Program-made: the position numbers and the translations under genes
DNA from: Armatimonadota bacterium
Lineage (GTDB): Bacteria > Armatimonadota > SYMT01
Assembly (NCBI GenBank): GCA_041690135.1
Contig: JAWLHY010000002.1
Location: 448,001 to 512,000 of the forward strand
Reading direction: 5' to 3'
Length of the DNA stretch: 64,000 nucleotides
Notes under the pieces: generated by a model
Databases searched by the model: none
Told to the model about the DNA's origin: nothing
Seen by the model: the letters and a program-made list of their open reading frames with translations, nothing else
Part shown: positions 9,901 through 18,830 of the stretch, in pieces
Layout of the letters: each line of letters starts with the position of its first letter
Position numbering within the stretch: position 1 is the first letter of the stretch

Positions 9901-10344
9901 CTCGGGTTGGTCTACATGGACCAGCAGCTCTCGGTGATTTCCATCACCGGCTTCATCATGCTGGCGGGCCTGGTGCAGAAGAATGCGATCCTTCTCGTCG
10001 AGTACTCCAACACGCTGCGGGAACGCGGCTACGAGCGGGACGAGGCGATCAAGGAGGCGGGCGAAACGCGCCTGCGGCCGATCCTCATGACGACCCTCTC
10101 CACGGTGTTCGGCATGATCCCGATCGCCCTCGCGGTCGGACGCGGTAACGAGGCACGGGCGCCATTGGCCACCGCCGTGATCGGCGGCCTGATCATGTCG
10201 ACGATCCTCTCTCTGATCGTCATACCGTGCATCTACAGCGTGTTCGATGACGTGGTGGCCGCCATCGGCCGCGCCATGGGTAAGGGCCGCCGGAGTCGCC
10301 TCGTGGAGCATGCCCTGGCCGACGAGCCGGCGGGAGCAGAGTAG
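6940..10344 (+). CDS. RND efflux permease (AcrB/MdtC-like)
   Basis: LAIHRPV, GILVDDSIVVLENI, GLVQKNAILLVE, RLRPILMTT. Confidence 0.95.
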   Translation: MWLTRLAIHRPVFVIVLMSTLVLLGLFSRSKMQVEERPRVDIPYVTVTTTYPGTGPAEMESLITKPLEDAVSSVNGIRNITSSSQYGISFVQLEFYIGTNSYFAAQEVRQKVEGVRRRLPRDIDPPVVDRLDINAQPVLYLGMKGDRSIKQLRFLADTQIKYRLAQVPGVGQVDVTGGDVREIRVAVNKRRLEAWNLSINDVVSAIFRANANIPSGHVTEGARDYDARLIGEFGSAEQIQALDLPVGTGANATSLKLRDVATVSDTVAERQTVTRIWMRDHPGEEMVGADSVGITIGKLSEANTVEVVDRVKVELAKMEKDMPGNIRFQVTQDESLRVRYALEDINVSLILGALLACMVVFLFLHNMRGTLICAIAIPTSLIASFIPMYFLGQSLNSMTMLGLSLVVGILVDDSIVVLENIYRHLYKGETPTEAALNGRGEIGNAAVIITLVDVVVFLPMLWMGGIIGQFFRAFGLTVAVATLFSLLVSFTITPWLASRWYRLGENLEEKRGAFLLLERGFRAVEIGYRHFLAWCLDAPRWFVITVCAGLALWLLRAGIPADSVNLTYSIALLVCLVATVIFIGVGWWQTASRMAIFALGTLFFVFTMQVYGPRMKIGYIPVYDQSKLGLFLELPAGASLQETDRITKQIEEIVTGVPEVATVFTTVGQIQGGFRAAPETGRQYAQLAIQLYEKPDLLETINPWTPEHKRIMDWRQRTDADVAGEIRKKMAAVAGAKAVVVPLRGFGGLAAPVQVELLGFNLDQMKTTSEEIRGKLAKIPGVINPDISLRPGKPEAQVTVDREKAARYGLDVTQIGTALRSAYEGNIDAKFREQGEQFDIRVQFAEFDRSRIDEVGSVVVGRVNTEYGPQAIRLNQVATIAMGEGPNKIDRKNRLRKATVSAYVLPGVVALNVNQAIEDEISKMPLGEMKVTAGGDADRARTEYPHLALSLAMSFVLVYLLMAVLFDNLLHPFTIQLSLPMALVGAVLGLVYMDQQLSVISITGFIMLAGLVQKNAILLVEYSNTLRERGYERDEAIKEAGETRLRPILMTTLSTVFGMIPIALAVGRGNEARAPLATAVIGGLIMSTILSLIVIPCIYSVFDDVVAAIGRAMGKGRRSRLVEHALADEPAGAE

Positions 10345-10445
10345 GCAGTGGGCAGAAGGCAGAAGGCAGAAGGCAGGCGAACCGAACTCCCGCCGACTGC
10401 CGACTGCCTTCTGCCCACTGCCAACTGCCCACTGCCTTCTACCTC
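10344..10445. repeat. Inverted heptamer arrays (GGCAGNN x5, then CTGCCNN x6-7), left flank of the four-helix-bundle cassette
   Basis: ggcagtg ggcagaa ggcagaa ggcagaa ggcaggc ... ctgccga ctgcctt ctgccca ctgccaa ctgccca ctgcctt. Confidence 0.92.
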
Positions 10446-10821
10446 ATCGAGATCGGGGGGCGAACTTTTCGGGAGCAGCTATCATCGATCCAAGCATCCT
10501 GCCCACCTCTTCATAGCGCGCGACCAGACTGGCATGGTCAGCTTCGGAAAGGTATTCGCAGTCGAGGGCGAAGTCGAGCCAGACAAGAGTTTCACTGGCT
10601 TCGGCATCCGCATCGGAGAGCTTGTTCACGAACGCATTCGGGTAACGACGCTTGCGATAAGCCTCGGCCAAATTGGCGCAGATACTCCGTGAAGAGCGGC
10701 GCACCTGGTCCGTGAGCGAGAAGCGTTCATCCGCGGGAAAGCGCTTCGACAGGCGAAAGATCTCCATCGCAAGAGCATGTCCGAGCTGGTAAACCTTAAG
10801 ATCGCGATGACCACGCAACAT
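10444..10821 (-). CDS. Four helix bundle protein (TIGR02436 / '23S rRNA IVS protein' family)
   Basis: HRDLKVYQ, FPADERFSLTDQVRRSSRSICANLAEAY, EASET..WLDFA..C.YL; SD GAGGAGG upstream of ATG 10821. Confidence 0.92.
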   Translation of the reverse strand: MLRGHRDLKVYQLGHALAMEIFRLSKRFPADERFSLTDQVRRSSRSICANLAEAYRKRRYPNAFVNKLSDADAEASETLVWLDFALDCEYLSEADHASLVARYEEVGRMLGSMIAAPEKFAPRSR

Positions 10822-10897
10822 GGAAGCCTCCTCTTCGGGCGAGTTCAACTGGCGCTGAAATGTTCATTGCCATACGCCAGATCGCCTGCTTCGAGAA

Positions 10898-10980
10898 CTG
10901 CCACCGCCTTCTGCCGACTGCCTTCTGCCGATTGCCTTCTGCCGACTGCCCACTGCCCACTGCCGACCGATTACTGAACC
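10898..10980. repeat. CTGCCNN heptamer array (~10 units), right flank of the four-helix-bundle cassette
   Basis: ccgcctt ctgccga ctgcctt ctgccga ttgcctt ctgccga ctgccca ctgccca ctgccga, ending just before ATG 10981. Confidence 0.92.
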
Positions 10981-11271
10981 ATGAAGCTTCTGACTATCAT
11001 CTATGACAGCTCCATCGAGGCCTCCATGGCCGAGCTCCTCGACGCCCTGGAGGTGCCGGGCATCACGAAGATCACCGACATTCTCGGGCGGGGCGGGCGG
11101 GGGCCCAAGATGAACAACCCCGTCTTCCCTGGTACCAACAACATCGCTTACGTGGCGCTGCCGGACGAGGACGTGGAGCGGGTCCGCCGCTCCATCCGGC
11201 GCCTGCAGCACAGCTTCCGCCTCAAGCCCGGGGTCATGATTCTCTGCCAGGACGCCGAAGAACTGCCCTGA
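10981..11271 (+). CDS. P-II-like transporter-associated small protein (PG0541-like family)
   Basis: 96 aa, MKLLTIIYD...GITKITDILGRGGRGPKMNNPVFPGTNN; this family typically follows RND permeases. Confidence 0.7.
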   Translation: MKLLTIIYDSSIEASMAELLDALEVPGITKITDILGRGGRGPKMNNPVFPGTNNIAYVALPDEDVERVRRSIRRLQHSFRLKPGVMILCQDAEELP

Positions 11272-11308
11272 TCACCTTTGAAAGAAACTCGTTCGATGGC
11301 CGGGTTGA

Positions 11309-11348
11309 GACCCGCCGCAGTCCAACTGCGGCGGGTCCTTCCTTTGCA
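11309..11348 (+). terminator. Hairpin with GCAG-TCCAA-CTGC core followed by a pyrimidine tract; probable terminator of the efflux operon
   Basis: gacccgccgcag tccaa ctgcggcgggtc cttcctttg; perfect 12-bp stem. Confidence 0.6.
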
Positions 11349-11482
11349 AGATGTAGTCGGCCGGCTTGCTTCCCCGCGAAAGGCAACGTCGAGTGGCTGT
11401 TTAGATGCACTGGTCACCGCTTGAAGCCTGAGAGAGAACTATTAGAGCGTCAGGTAGATTGCTTATGCGGAAGGGGGTTCGG

Positions 11483-12142
11483 ATGCGACGATGGCCTTGG
11501 TTGGGAGTGTTCGCCCTTGCCGTAGGACTAGGGGGCGGTGTGCGGCCGGCGGAGGCCCAAACCCTGGGGCCGGTGGTCTTTGGCGACGGAGTGTCCGGGG
11601 CGAATGCTGTTGGCGCAATCATCAGCGACTTTTCTCATCCCCGACAACTAGGGAGTATGTTTACCCTGCCGTCGAATACCACAATCGCGGGCGCCCGCTG
11701 GTGGGGGGTCACCACCGCCCCCGGCGTAGCGAACTTCACCGTGAGGATCTTTTCGACATCCGGGGGTGTCCCGGCGACAACGCCTCTTTACAACTTTGCC
11801 ATCGGTGGCGCGGTGGGCTGGACAGCGGCCGAACCGATCGGTGGCACTCCACAGTACCGGTATGATGCTACCCTGCCGACCACGGACCTTGGCTCCGGCA
11901 CCTACCTCATGTCGATTGTCAACGATACCGGTGCCGCGGCCGACTGGGCTTGGAGTTACGGCAGCGGCAATGCTTTGCGCTTCCGAAACTCGGATGCTGC
12001 AACCTGGAACTCCTTTGGAGGCGCCCCCCTCTTTCAACTCACGGGAGAGGTGGATGCAGCGGCCGTGCCCGAGCCGGGCGCCGCGCTGTTGTTCCTTCCC
12101 GCTCTCGGGGTAGTGGCGCTGGCGAGACGTCGCCGGTCGTAA
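11483..12142 (+). CDS. PEP-CTERM exosortase-target surface protein
   Basis: Signal peptide ending AEA-Q; C-terminal VPEPG + TM + RRRRS. Start could also be 11459 or 11465. Confidence 0.88.
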   Translation: MRRWPWLGVFALAVGLGGGVRPAEAQTLGPVVFGDGVSGANAVGAIISDFSHPRQLGSMFTLPSNTTIAGARWWGVTTAPGVANFTVRIFSTSGGVPATTPLYNFAIGGAVGWTAAEPIGGTPQYRYDATLPTTDLGSGTYLMSIVNDTGAAADWAWSYGSGNALRFRNSDAATWNSFGGAPLFQLTGEVDAAAVPEPGAALLFLPALGVVALARRRRS

Positions 12143-12598
12143 CCCCTCCTTCGCAATCGTCTACACCCTGGCCGGGCTCGCTCTTCGGGGCGGGCCTGCG
12201 CTGCATTTTGGGCGGCGCCCAAGGCCTCCCGAGTCGCGTCGGCCGTCGCCGTCCGCGACATCCGCACTTCAGCCTAGCCCACGGGAGAGGACCCGGGTAT
12301 TGCCGCGCCGAAGACCGCCGACAACGACACTTTCACCGAAAGTTCATCGCCGGGATATGCTCCGTTAATCGCGCGTTAACGCTGGAGAGGTACGCTAACC
12401 CTGCAAGAACCAAGACGTCCCCCCGCCGGGAAGGCATGGGGACGGGGCACTCCACTGGCGGAGAACCTGGGACCCCGGAGCAACCGGTGTCCGTAGGCTC
12501 CGCCATGTTTGTGACCGGACCGACGCCCGCCGGCGTCGCGGGAGGCGCGGAAACGTGCCCGCGGCGATCGGCGGCGGGGTCCAAAGGAGCTTCTGCAG

Positions 12599-13216
12599 AT
12601 GCAGTGGTTAACGACGAACTTACTCGGCGCCCCGCGCCCGGCCGACCTGCGCGCCCGGATCTCGCGGCTGGCGTTGTGCGGAACCGCGGCCATTTCCGCG
12701 GCGGTCTTCTCTCCCGTCCGCCTGGGCATCGTCTCCGGCGAATCGATGTCGCCGACTCTCGAGTCGGGCTGCCCGTTCGTCTACGTGCCACACGCGGAGA
12801 AAGACGGCCCCCTGAAGGTGGGGGATGTGGTGGTCTGTCGTCTCGGAGGCCAGGTCTGCATCAAACGGATTTACCAGATGGGCGGGGATTGGTTCTGGAC
12901 GGCCGCCGTGAGCCGGACCGGCCCGCCGGACATGCGGCCGTTGGCGCCCGGAGTCTCGATCGAGGCGTGGCGGGAGCGCTATCCCCGCTTCCGGTTCTTC
13001 CGGTATACGGTGCCCCCCGATACCCTTTTCGTGCTCGGGGACGGCGCCTGGTCGCATGACAGCCGCCACCTGGGTCCCATCCCCTCGACCGAGGTGCTGG
13101 GCCGGGTCGTGTGGCCGCGGACTCCCCTGCCGGAGATCAACCAGTACTTGAGCTGGACGGCTGCCCCTCGCCCCCGCGTACAACGGAATGTCAGGCGAGC
13201 CTCCACCGATGCGTAA
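12599..13216 (+). CDS. Signal peptidase I (S26)-like protein
   Basis: VSGESMSPTL (Ser box), CIKRI (Lys), LFVLGDGAWSHDSRHLGPI. Confidence 0.85.
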   Translation: MQWLTTNLLGAPRPADLRARISRLALCGTAAISAAVFSPVRLGIVSGESMSPTLESGCPFVYVPHAEKDGPLKVGDVVVCRLGGQVCIKRIYQMGGDWFWTAAVSRTGPPDMRPLAPGVSIEAWRERYPRFRFFRYTVPPDTLFVLGDGAWSHDSRHLGPIPSTEVLGRVVWPRTPLPEINQYLSWTAAPRPRVQRNVRRASTDA

Positions 13217-13421
13217 CTCCGGGAACGCCTATCTGAATATGGGAGCGGCCCTGGTGACGGCCTTCGCGCTCTTCTGCATGGCCCTCTTCTCCGCGGCCGC
13301 CTGGCACCTGGGGGTGCGGGAGCCGCGGAACCGCCAGGCAGTCTCCGGCGCTGGTCGCCCCCGCCCGACCTCCGGAGAGCCTGCCATGGTCGCGGTTCCC
13401 GGAGGGCAACGTCCGCGGTAG
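13209..13421 (+). CDS. Small single-TM hypothetical protein
   Basis: Overlaps the S26 stop; hydrophobic GAALVTAFALFCMALFSAAAW followed by a polar tail. Confidence 0.45.
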   Translation: MRNSGNAYLNMGAALVTAFALFCMALFSAAAWHLGVREPRNRQAVSGAGRPRPTSGEPAMVAVPGGQRPR

Positions 13422-13812
13422 AGTTCTTGGCCGATAGGGAAGAGCGGATAGCCGGCCCCCACCAGGAGCTGTTGGTAGGCAGTTGTGTCGATGCGCCGGC
13501 GCAGTATCAGGGTATGGAAAACCCCCGCTGGCGAGCTTCCCTAAAGCACCCAGGATTTACCAATCTGCGCCCTGGGAGGCCCGGACCGTAGGGATGTGAC
13601 GCCGTTGCATTCCGCAGTAGGTGAAGCTGATCCTGTCGCGCTAAACCGAACCGGACCGAGCCTAGGCATTCGCGGGTTGGCAGGCCGGGATCAGCCCCAG
13701 GTTGGCGGATCACTGCGGCGAGACGTTCCCTACAAGTGCGGCATCCGAAGGTTCGGAAAATCTCCCGTCGCCGTGCAAATCTGGTTACCACCTACTTCAT
13801 ACACTGCTTTGA

Positions 13813-14517
13813 TCAGAGCCGGAAGAACTTTTCCTCGACTCCGGTGTTGAGCTCGATCTCCCGGAACTGGATGTGGTCCACGCGCTCACCGTTCTCCCAC
13901 AACTCGGCCTCCAGCAGCACCCACAGCTTGGGGTCCACGTGGTAGTGCTCGCGGAACTGCTTGCCGTTCTGCGTCCAGCTCACCACCACCTGGTGCGGGG
14001 CATCTGGAGTGGGGCGCGGGGCCACGGTGACGCGGGCGCCGGGCTGGGCGGCGTTCTGGCGCCAGCGCCGGAAGAAGGCATCCCAGGTGATCTCCACGAT
14101 GGAGATGTCACGGATACTCAGGAGCCGTTCGTCGTTCGGCTTGAGCCGGACGACGAACGGCTTCAGCAGTCCCCCCCGCCGGGCGCGGACCTGCCCCCGG
14201 GCGTCCACCGTGATCTCGCAGCCCCTGCTGCGCCCCTTCACGACCTTGATGCGCGCGAGCCGCGGCTGCCGGAACCAGACCTGGTAGGTCCCGCCCTCCG
14301 TCTTCTTCCCGTTCGTGGCGTTTCCTTCCGCCAGGCAATGGTAATCGGTCAGGCTGCGGAACCGCTCTTCGGCGCGGGAGAGGATCGCCGCGGGGGCCAG
14401 GGTTTCGGCGCCGCGGGCCGGTGACAGGGGAACGGCGAAGAGCAGGCCGGCGGAAGCGGTGGCAACTGTCAGAACGGCGAAAAGACGACGGCAAGGAGAG
14501 GGACGACTGCTAACCAT
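13813..14517 (-). CDS. Secreted LolA-fold / DUF1571-like protein
   Basis: Signal peptide, AILSRAEERFRSLTDY, VWFRQPRLARI, C-terminal IELNTGVEEKFFRL typical of LolA-like folds. Confidence 0.65.
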   Translation of the reverse strand: MVSSRPSPCRRLFAVLTVATASAGLLFAVPLSPARGAETLAPAAILSRAEERFRSLTDYHCLAEGNATNGKKTEGGTYQVWFRQPRLARIKVVKGRSRGCEITVDARGQVRARRGGLLKPFVVRLKPNDERLLSIRDISIVEITWDAFFRRWRQNAAQPGARVTVAPRPTPDAPHQVVVSWTQNGKQFREHYHVDPKLWVLLEAELWENGERVDHIQFREIELNTGVEEKFFRL

Positions 14518-14760
14518 GCACACCTCGGTTCTGTCCCGGAACGGGCTCGGACAGGGGGATAGGCGCGGGACGGGAACGGCGGCGGTCGGCGGATGCGCGC
14601 AAGCCTCCCCCAGGTAAAAGTGCCATCCATGCAACCCGGTGCAGGATCGCCGCCCCTCCTTTATAGACGGTCGGACGAAGAAAACGAGTGCCCGGCTCCG
14701 TGTCCCTTCTTGTGCCCTCTTGTGTCCCTCTGTGTCGAAAACTCTTCCGGTATCCTGAAG

Positions 14761-16113
14761 TCAGATGGAGAGGTAAGGGAGCTGGCCCGTGCTGTCGCCG
14801 ATGGACTCCGGCTTCACCCCTACCCGGTCCAGGAGAGTGAGATAGAGGTTCGTGATGGGGGTTCCGTCGGGATAGACCAGGTGCCGGCCCGGCTTCAAGT
14901 TGCCGCCGCCGCGGCCAGCCAGCAGCACCGGGAGATCCTCGTGCGTGTGGGCGTTGCCGTCGCTTAGGCCGCTGCCGTACACGATGAGGGAGTGATCCAG
15001 CAGGGTGCCGTCGCCGTCCGGCGTGGACTGCAGCTTGCGCAGGAAGTAGGCGAACAGCTCCGTATGGAGCGTGTTGATCCGCACTACCTTCTCGATCCAG
15101 TCCGGGTTGTCCCGGTGATGGGTGAGCGGGTGGTGCGGGTCGGGGATCCCGATCTCTGGGTAGACGCGCAGGCTGCCCTCGCGGCCGACCATCAGCGTGG
15201 AGACGCGGGTCACGTCCGCCTGAAACGCCACCACCTGCAAGTCGTACATCAGCTTCAGGTAGTCCGGGAACACGATGGGGATGCCGGCCGGCTTCTCGAT
15301 CTCCGGCAGCAACTCCCGGTTGTCGCTCTCGGCGCTCTGGATGCGGCGCTCCAGCTCGCGGACGGCGGTGAGATACTCGTCGATCTTGCGGCGGTCGGCC
15401 GGGCCCAGGGTGCCGGCCAGGGCGCGAGTGTCTTCGCGGACCAGGTCCAGGATGCTCTTCCGGTACTCCGCGCGGCGGGCGCGGGTCTCCGGGTCGAGGC
15501 TGGTGTCGATGGTCCCGAACAGCCGCTCGAACACCAGGCGCGGGTTCATCTCCGGCGGCATCGGCGTGGTGGGGCTGCGCCAGGAGATGCTGTTGGTGTA
15601 AGCGCAGCTATAGCCGGAGTCGCAGTTCCCCACGGTGCGGGAGTCTTCGCAGCCCAGTTCCAGGGAGGGCAGGCGGGTCTGCCCGGCGAGGTGCTTCGCC
15701 GCGATCTGGTCCGCCGAGATCCCGGCCCGGATGTCGGCCCCCTGGGTCTTCTTGCAATGGACCCCCGTGAGATAGGAGGCTCCGGCGCGGGCATGGTCGC
15801 CGGGGCCGTCGCCCAGGGCGTTGCCGTTGTGGTCGTTGAGGCCGGAGAGGACGAAAAGCTCTTCCCGCAGCGCTTCCAGGGGCTTAAGGATGCGGGTCGT
15901 CTCCCACTGCGGACCGGTCCCCTTCGGAGTCCATTGCTCCTTGATGATCCCGTTGGGGACGTAGACGAAGGAGAGCCGGACCGGCGGGCGCTGACCGCGG
16001 GCGGGTGCGGCGAGAGCGGGGGTCATCGCGTCCAGCAGCGGCAGCGCGACGGCGGCGCCGAGGCCGCGCAGCACCGTGCGGCGGGGTAGGGCCTTGCGGG
16101 TGATGATCCTCAT
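14761..16113 (-). CDS. DUF1552 domain protein (Tat-like leader)
   Basis: LPRRTVLRGLGAAVALPLLDAM, FVYVPNG, GYSCAYTNSISW, DGDGTLLDHS, GNAHTHEDLP; ATG 16113 overlaps the upstream stop. Confidence 0.9.
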   Translation of the reverse strand: MRIITRKALPRRTVLRGLGAAVALPLLDAMTPALAAPARGQRPPVRLSFVYVPNGIIKEQWTPKGTGPQWETTRILKPLEALREELFVLSGLNDHNGNALGDGPGDHARAGASYLTGVHCKKTQGADIRAGISADQIAAKHLAGQTRLPSLELGCEDSRTVGNCDSGYSCAYTNSISWRSPTTPMPPEMNPRLVFERLFGTIDTSLDPETRARRAEYRKSILDLVREDTRALAGTLGPADRRKIDEYLTAVRELERRIQSAESDNRELLPEIEKPAGIPIVFPDYLKLMYDLQVVAFQADVTRVSTLMVGREGSLRVYPEIGIPDPHHPLTHHRDNPDWIEKVVRINTLHTELFAYFLRKLQSTPDGDGTLLDHSLIVYGSGLSDGNAHTHEDLPVLLAGRGGGNLKPGRHLVYPDGTPITNLYLTLLDRVGVKPESIGDSTGQLPYLSI

Positions 16114-18680
16114 TTCGTTCCCTCCACTCTCGTCATGCGGAACGGCATGCTGTTCGCGATCTCCAGCACCAGGGCGGAGAAGCGGTGGTCCTGCGCGGCA
16201 ACTTTCGCGGCGATGGCCTTCACCGTCCGCCGGTCGCTCCGCTCCAGGCCGCGGCCCAGCGCGTAGGTGAGCAGCTTCTCGGTAAGGCACTCGGTGAACG
16301 CGCCGCGGTCCGTCTTCAACATATTCCTCAGTTCACCCGGACCGCTAAACGACCGTCCGTCCGGGAGCTTTCCCGAGGCATCCACGGGAAATTTACCATC
16401 CTTCACGCGCCAGGCGCCAATGGCATCGAAGTTCTCCAGGCCGAACCCCAGCGGGTCGATGCGGGCGTGGCAGGAGGCGCAGGCCGGATTCTTGCGGTGG
16501 GCCTCCAGTTGCTGCCGGAGAGAGGCCGTTTCGCCGACCTGGCTCTCCTCCAGATTGGGCACGCCGGGCGGCGGCGGGGGCGGCGGCGCGTTCAGGAGGT
16601 TCTCCAGGATCCAGCGCCCGCGAAGCACCGGCGAGGTGCGCGTGGAGTAGGAGGATACCGTGAGGACACTCGCCTGCGTGAGGATCCCGCCGCGCGGCGT
16701 CCCGCGGAGATCGACCCGGCGGAACTCCGTCCCCTTCACCCCGGGCACCCCATAGAACCCGGCCAGCTTTTCGTTCAGGAAGGTGTAGTGGCCGTCCAGG
16801 AAGTCGAGGAGGCTGCGGTCCTCCCGCATCACGTGCTGGAAGAACAGCTCCGTTTCACGCCGCATGGAGAGCCGGAGGTACTCGTCCCAATCCGGATAAC
16901 GCTCGGTGTCCGGCTTGTGCGCCTCCAGCTTCCGCAGTTCCAGCCACTGGCCCGCGAAGTTCTCCGCCAGCGTGTTCGCCTTCGGGTCTCGCAGCATCCG
17001 CCGGACCTGCGCGGCCAGCACCTCGGGACGCGAGAGGGTACCGCGGTCGGCCAGCCGCAGCAGTTCCTCGTCCGGCATGGTGCTCCAGAGGAAGTAGGAG
17101 AGGCGCGACGCCAGCGCGTGGGGACCGATCGGCCGCGACTCGCCCGGTTTCGCCGCGGCGGGGTCGCGCTCGATCCGGAAGAGGAAGTGGGGCGAGACCA
17201 ATATCGCCTGCAGGGAGAGGCAGATCCCCTCCTCGAACGGGTCTCCCTGTTTCCGCGCTAGCTCAACGAGCCGGAGGTACGGGTCGAGCTCGCCGGGGCG
17301 GAGCGGGCGCCGGAAAGCGCGGCGGGCGAAGTCTCCCAGGATCTTGCGCTCGCAGCCCGGCTGGTGGCCGCCCCGCGGGTGGCCGCAGGTGTAGACCCGC
17401 CGCAAACTCTCGGGGGAGGGGCCCTTCTCCTGGGTGTAAGGACCGGCGATTTCCAGGACCCGGACCTTCGCCTGGTTCACCGCCTTCTTCTCGCGCCGCT
17501 TCGCCTTCCATGCCGCGATCCGGCGGCGGAACTCCGCGGCCTCCTCGGGCGTGGCGTCGGCGGGCGGCTCCGGGTCGGGCCGCGGCGGAAGCGCGGGGCG
17601 CTGCGACGGTTTCGGCCCGCCGTATTCCGCCGGAAGACCTTCGTACACGTACAGCAGCGAAGCAGCCATCCAGCGGTCGCCCGCCGTCAGCTTCACCCGG
17701 ACCTCGTTGCCCTTCCCCGAGAAATTCTGCTCGGTGTCCGTGAAGGAAGCCCCTTCCTCCGGGTCGACCGACGTCTCCCCGGCCAGGTTGCCGTCGACCC
17801 AGACCCCGACGCGGGCCGGTTCGGAACGCAGCGGACGACTGCCGCCCAGCACGACGCGGACCACATACTCGCCGGTGGCGGGAATGCGGAACGTGCCGTG
17901 GAGCGCTCCGGGCAGGCTGAGGCCGGTGGTGTCGTATTCGGTGGGTGGCGTGGTGATCGGCGCGTGGGAACGATCTGGCGGATGGACCTTCTGCAGGGTG
18001 GGCTTCATCGCCGGGGGACCGAAGAGCGCCGTGCGGGTCACCTTCTCGGCCGCCTGGAGGTAGCGCTCCATCAGCACCGGCGACAGGGTGAGCACGTCGC
18101 CGATGTTGTCGAAGCCGTAGCCGGAGTCGTCCTGCGGGAAGTCGTCCGCCGGTCGGAGGTCGATCCCCAGCAGGTCCCGCATCGTGTTGTTGTACTCGGC
18201 CCGGTTCAGCCGCCGGGCGGTCACCCGGCCCGGGTCCGGCCTGGCTTCCCGGTCCAGGCGCGCGAACTCCCCTTCGATCCACGCGGTGACGGTCTTCACG
18301 GCGGCGGCGGCCGGCTTCGGGGATCCCTCCGGCGGCATCTCCCCGCTGCGCAGCTTCTGGACGACCTTCTCCCACGTGTGGGGGTCCTTCCCGACCGAGG
18401 CCGCGGTGCGGAACACCTGCAGATTCACGTCCGCCGTGTTGCTCTTATCCCCATGACAGGAGACGCAGTACTTCGCCACGAACGGCCGCACGCTCTTCTC
18501 GAAGACGTCGCTGGCGGGGGCCGCCGCCTTCGCCGGCGTCGCGGGTTTCGTCCGCGCCGCGCCCGCCGCGGGCTTCCCCGCCGCCTGGCCCGGCGCCGCC
18601 ACCGCCAGCCGGGCCAGCGGCAGCGCCAGCCCGGCTAGGGGAACCATCACCAGCAGATACCGTACCGCGTCTTTGCGCAC
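16110..18680 (-). CDS. DUF1592/DUF1588/DUF1587/DUF1595/DUF1585 protein with c-type heme motifs
   Basis: CVSCH and CASCH, RRLNRAEYNNT, GYGFDN, LASRLSYFLWSTMPD, RTSPVLRG, GFGLENFDAIG. Confidence 0.92.
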   Translation of the reverse strand: MRKDAVRYLLVMVPLAGLALPLARLAVAAPGQAAGKPAAGAARTKPATPAKAAAPASDVFEKSVRPFVAKYCVSCHGDKSNTADVNLQVFRTAASVGKDPHTWEKVVQKLRSGEMPPEGSPKPAAAAVKTVTAWIEGEFARLDREARPDPGRVTARRLNRAEYNNTMRDLLGIDLRPADDFPQDDSGYGFDNIGDVLTLSPVLMERYLQAAEKVTRTALFGPPAMKPTLQKVHPPDRSHAPITTPPTEYDTTGLSLPGALHGTFRIPATGEYVVRVVLGGSRPLRSEPARVGVWVDGNLAGETSVDPEEGASFTDTEQNFSGKGNEVRVKLTAGDRWMAASLLYVYEGLPAEYGGPKPSQRPALPPRPDPEPPADATPEEAAEFRRRIAAWKAKRREKKAVNQAKVRVLEIAGPYTQEKGPSPESLRRVYTCGHPRGGHQPGCERKILGDFARRAFRRPLRPGELDPYLRLVELARKQGDPFEEGICLSLQAILVSPHFLFRIERDPAAAKPGESRPIGPHALASRLSYFLWSTMPDEELLRLADRGTLSRPEVLAAQVRRMLRDPKANTLAENFAGQWLELRKLEAHKPDTERYPDWDEYLRLSMRRETELFFQHVMREDRSLLDFLDGHYTFLNEKLAGFYGVPGVKGTEFRRVDLRGTPRGGILTQASVLTVSSYSTRTSPVLRGRWILENLLNAPPPPPPPGVPNLEESQVGETASLRQQLEAHRKNPACASCHARIDPLGFGLENFDAIGAWRVKDGKFPVDASGKLPDGRSFSGPGELRNMLKTDRGAFTECLTEKLLTYALGRGLERSDRRTVKAIAAKVAAQDHRFSALVLEIANSMPFRMTRVEGTK

Positions 18681-18830
18681 CTGGGTCCTTCGCCTCCACC
18701 CTATCAGTTAGGGGCGCACCCCGCGATCACCTGCACTATGCCTTGTGTAAACGTTACTCGATGGGCGTTGGGCGACGCCAAAGGGTACAATAGATGAAGA
18801 TCACCAGTCATGTGGAAAGGGTGAACGTAG

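Noticed and set aside
10444-10821. Four-helix-bundle gene as the Avd of a diversity-generating retroelement, or as evidence of a 23S rRNA gene
   Set aside because: No reverse transcriptase, TR/VR pair or rRNA sequence is present in the window.
13507-13791. 94-aa ORF with CRTC motif
   Set aside because: It has atypical composition, no family resemblance and no clear SD, so I cannot support it as a gene.
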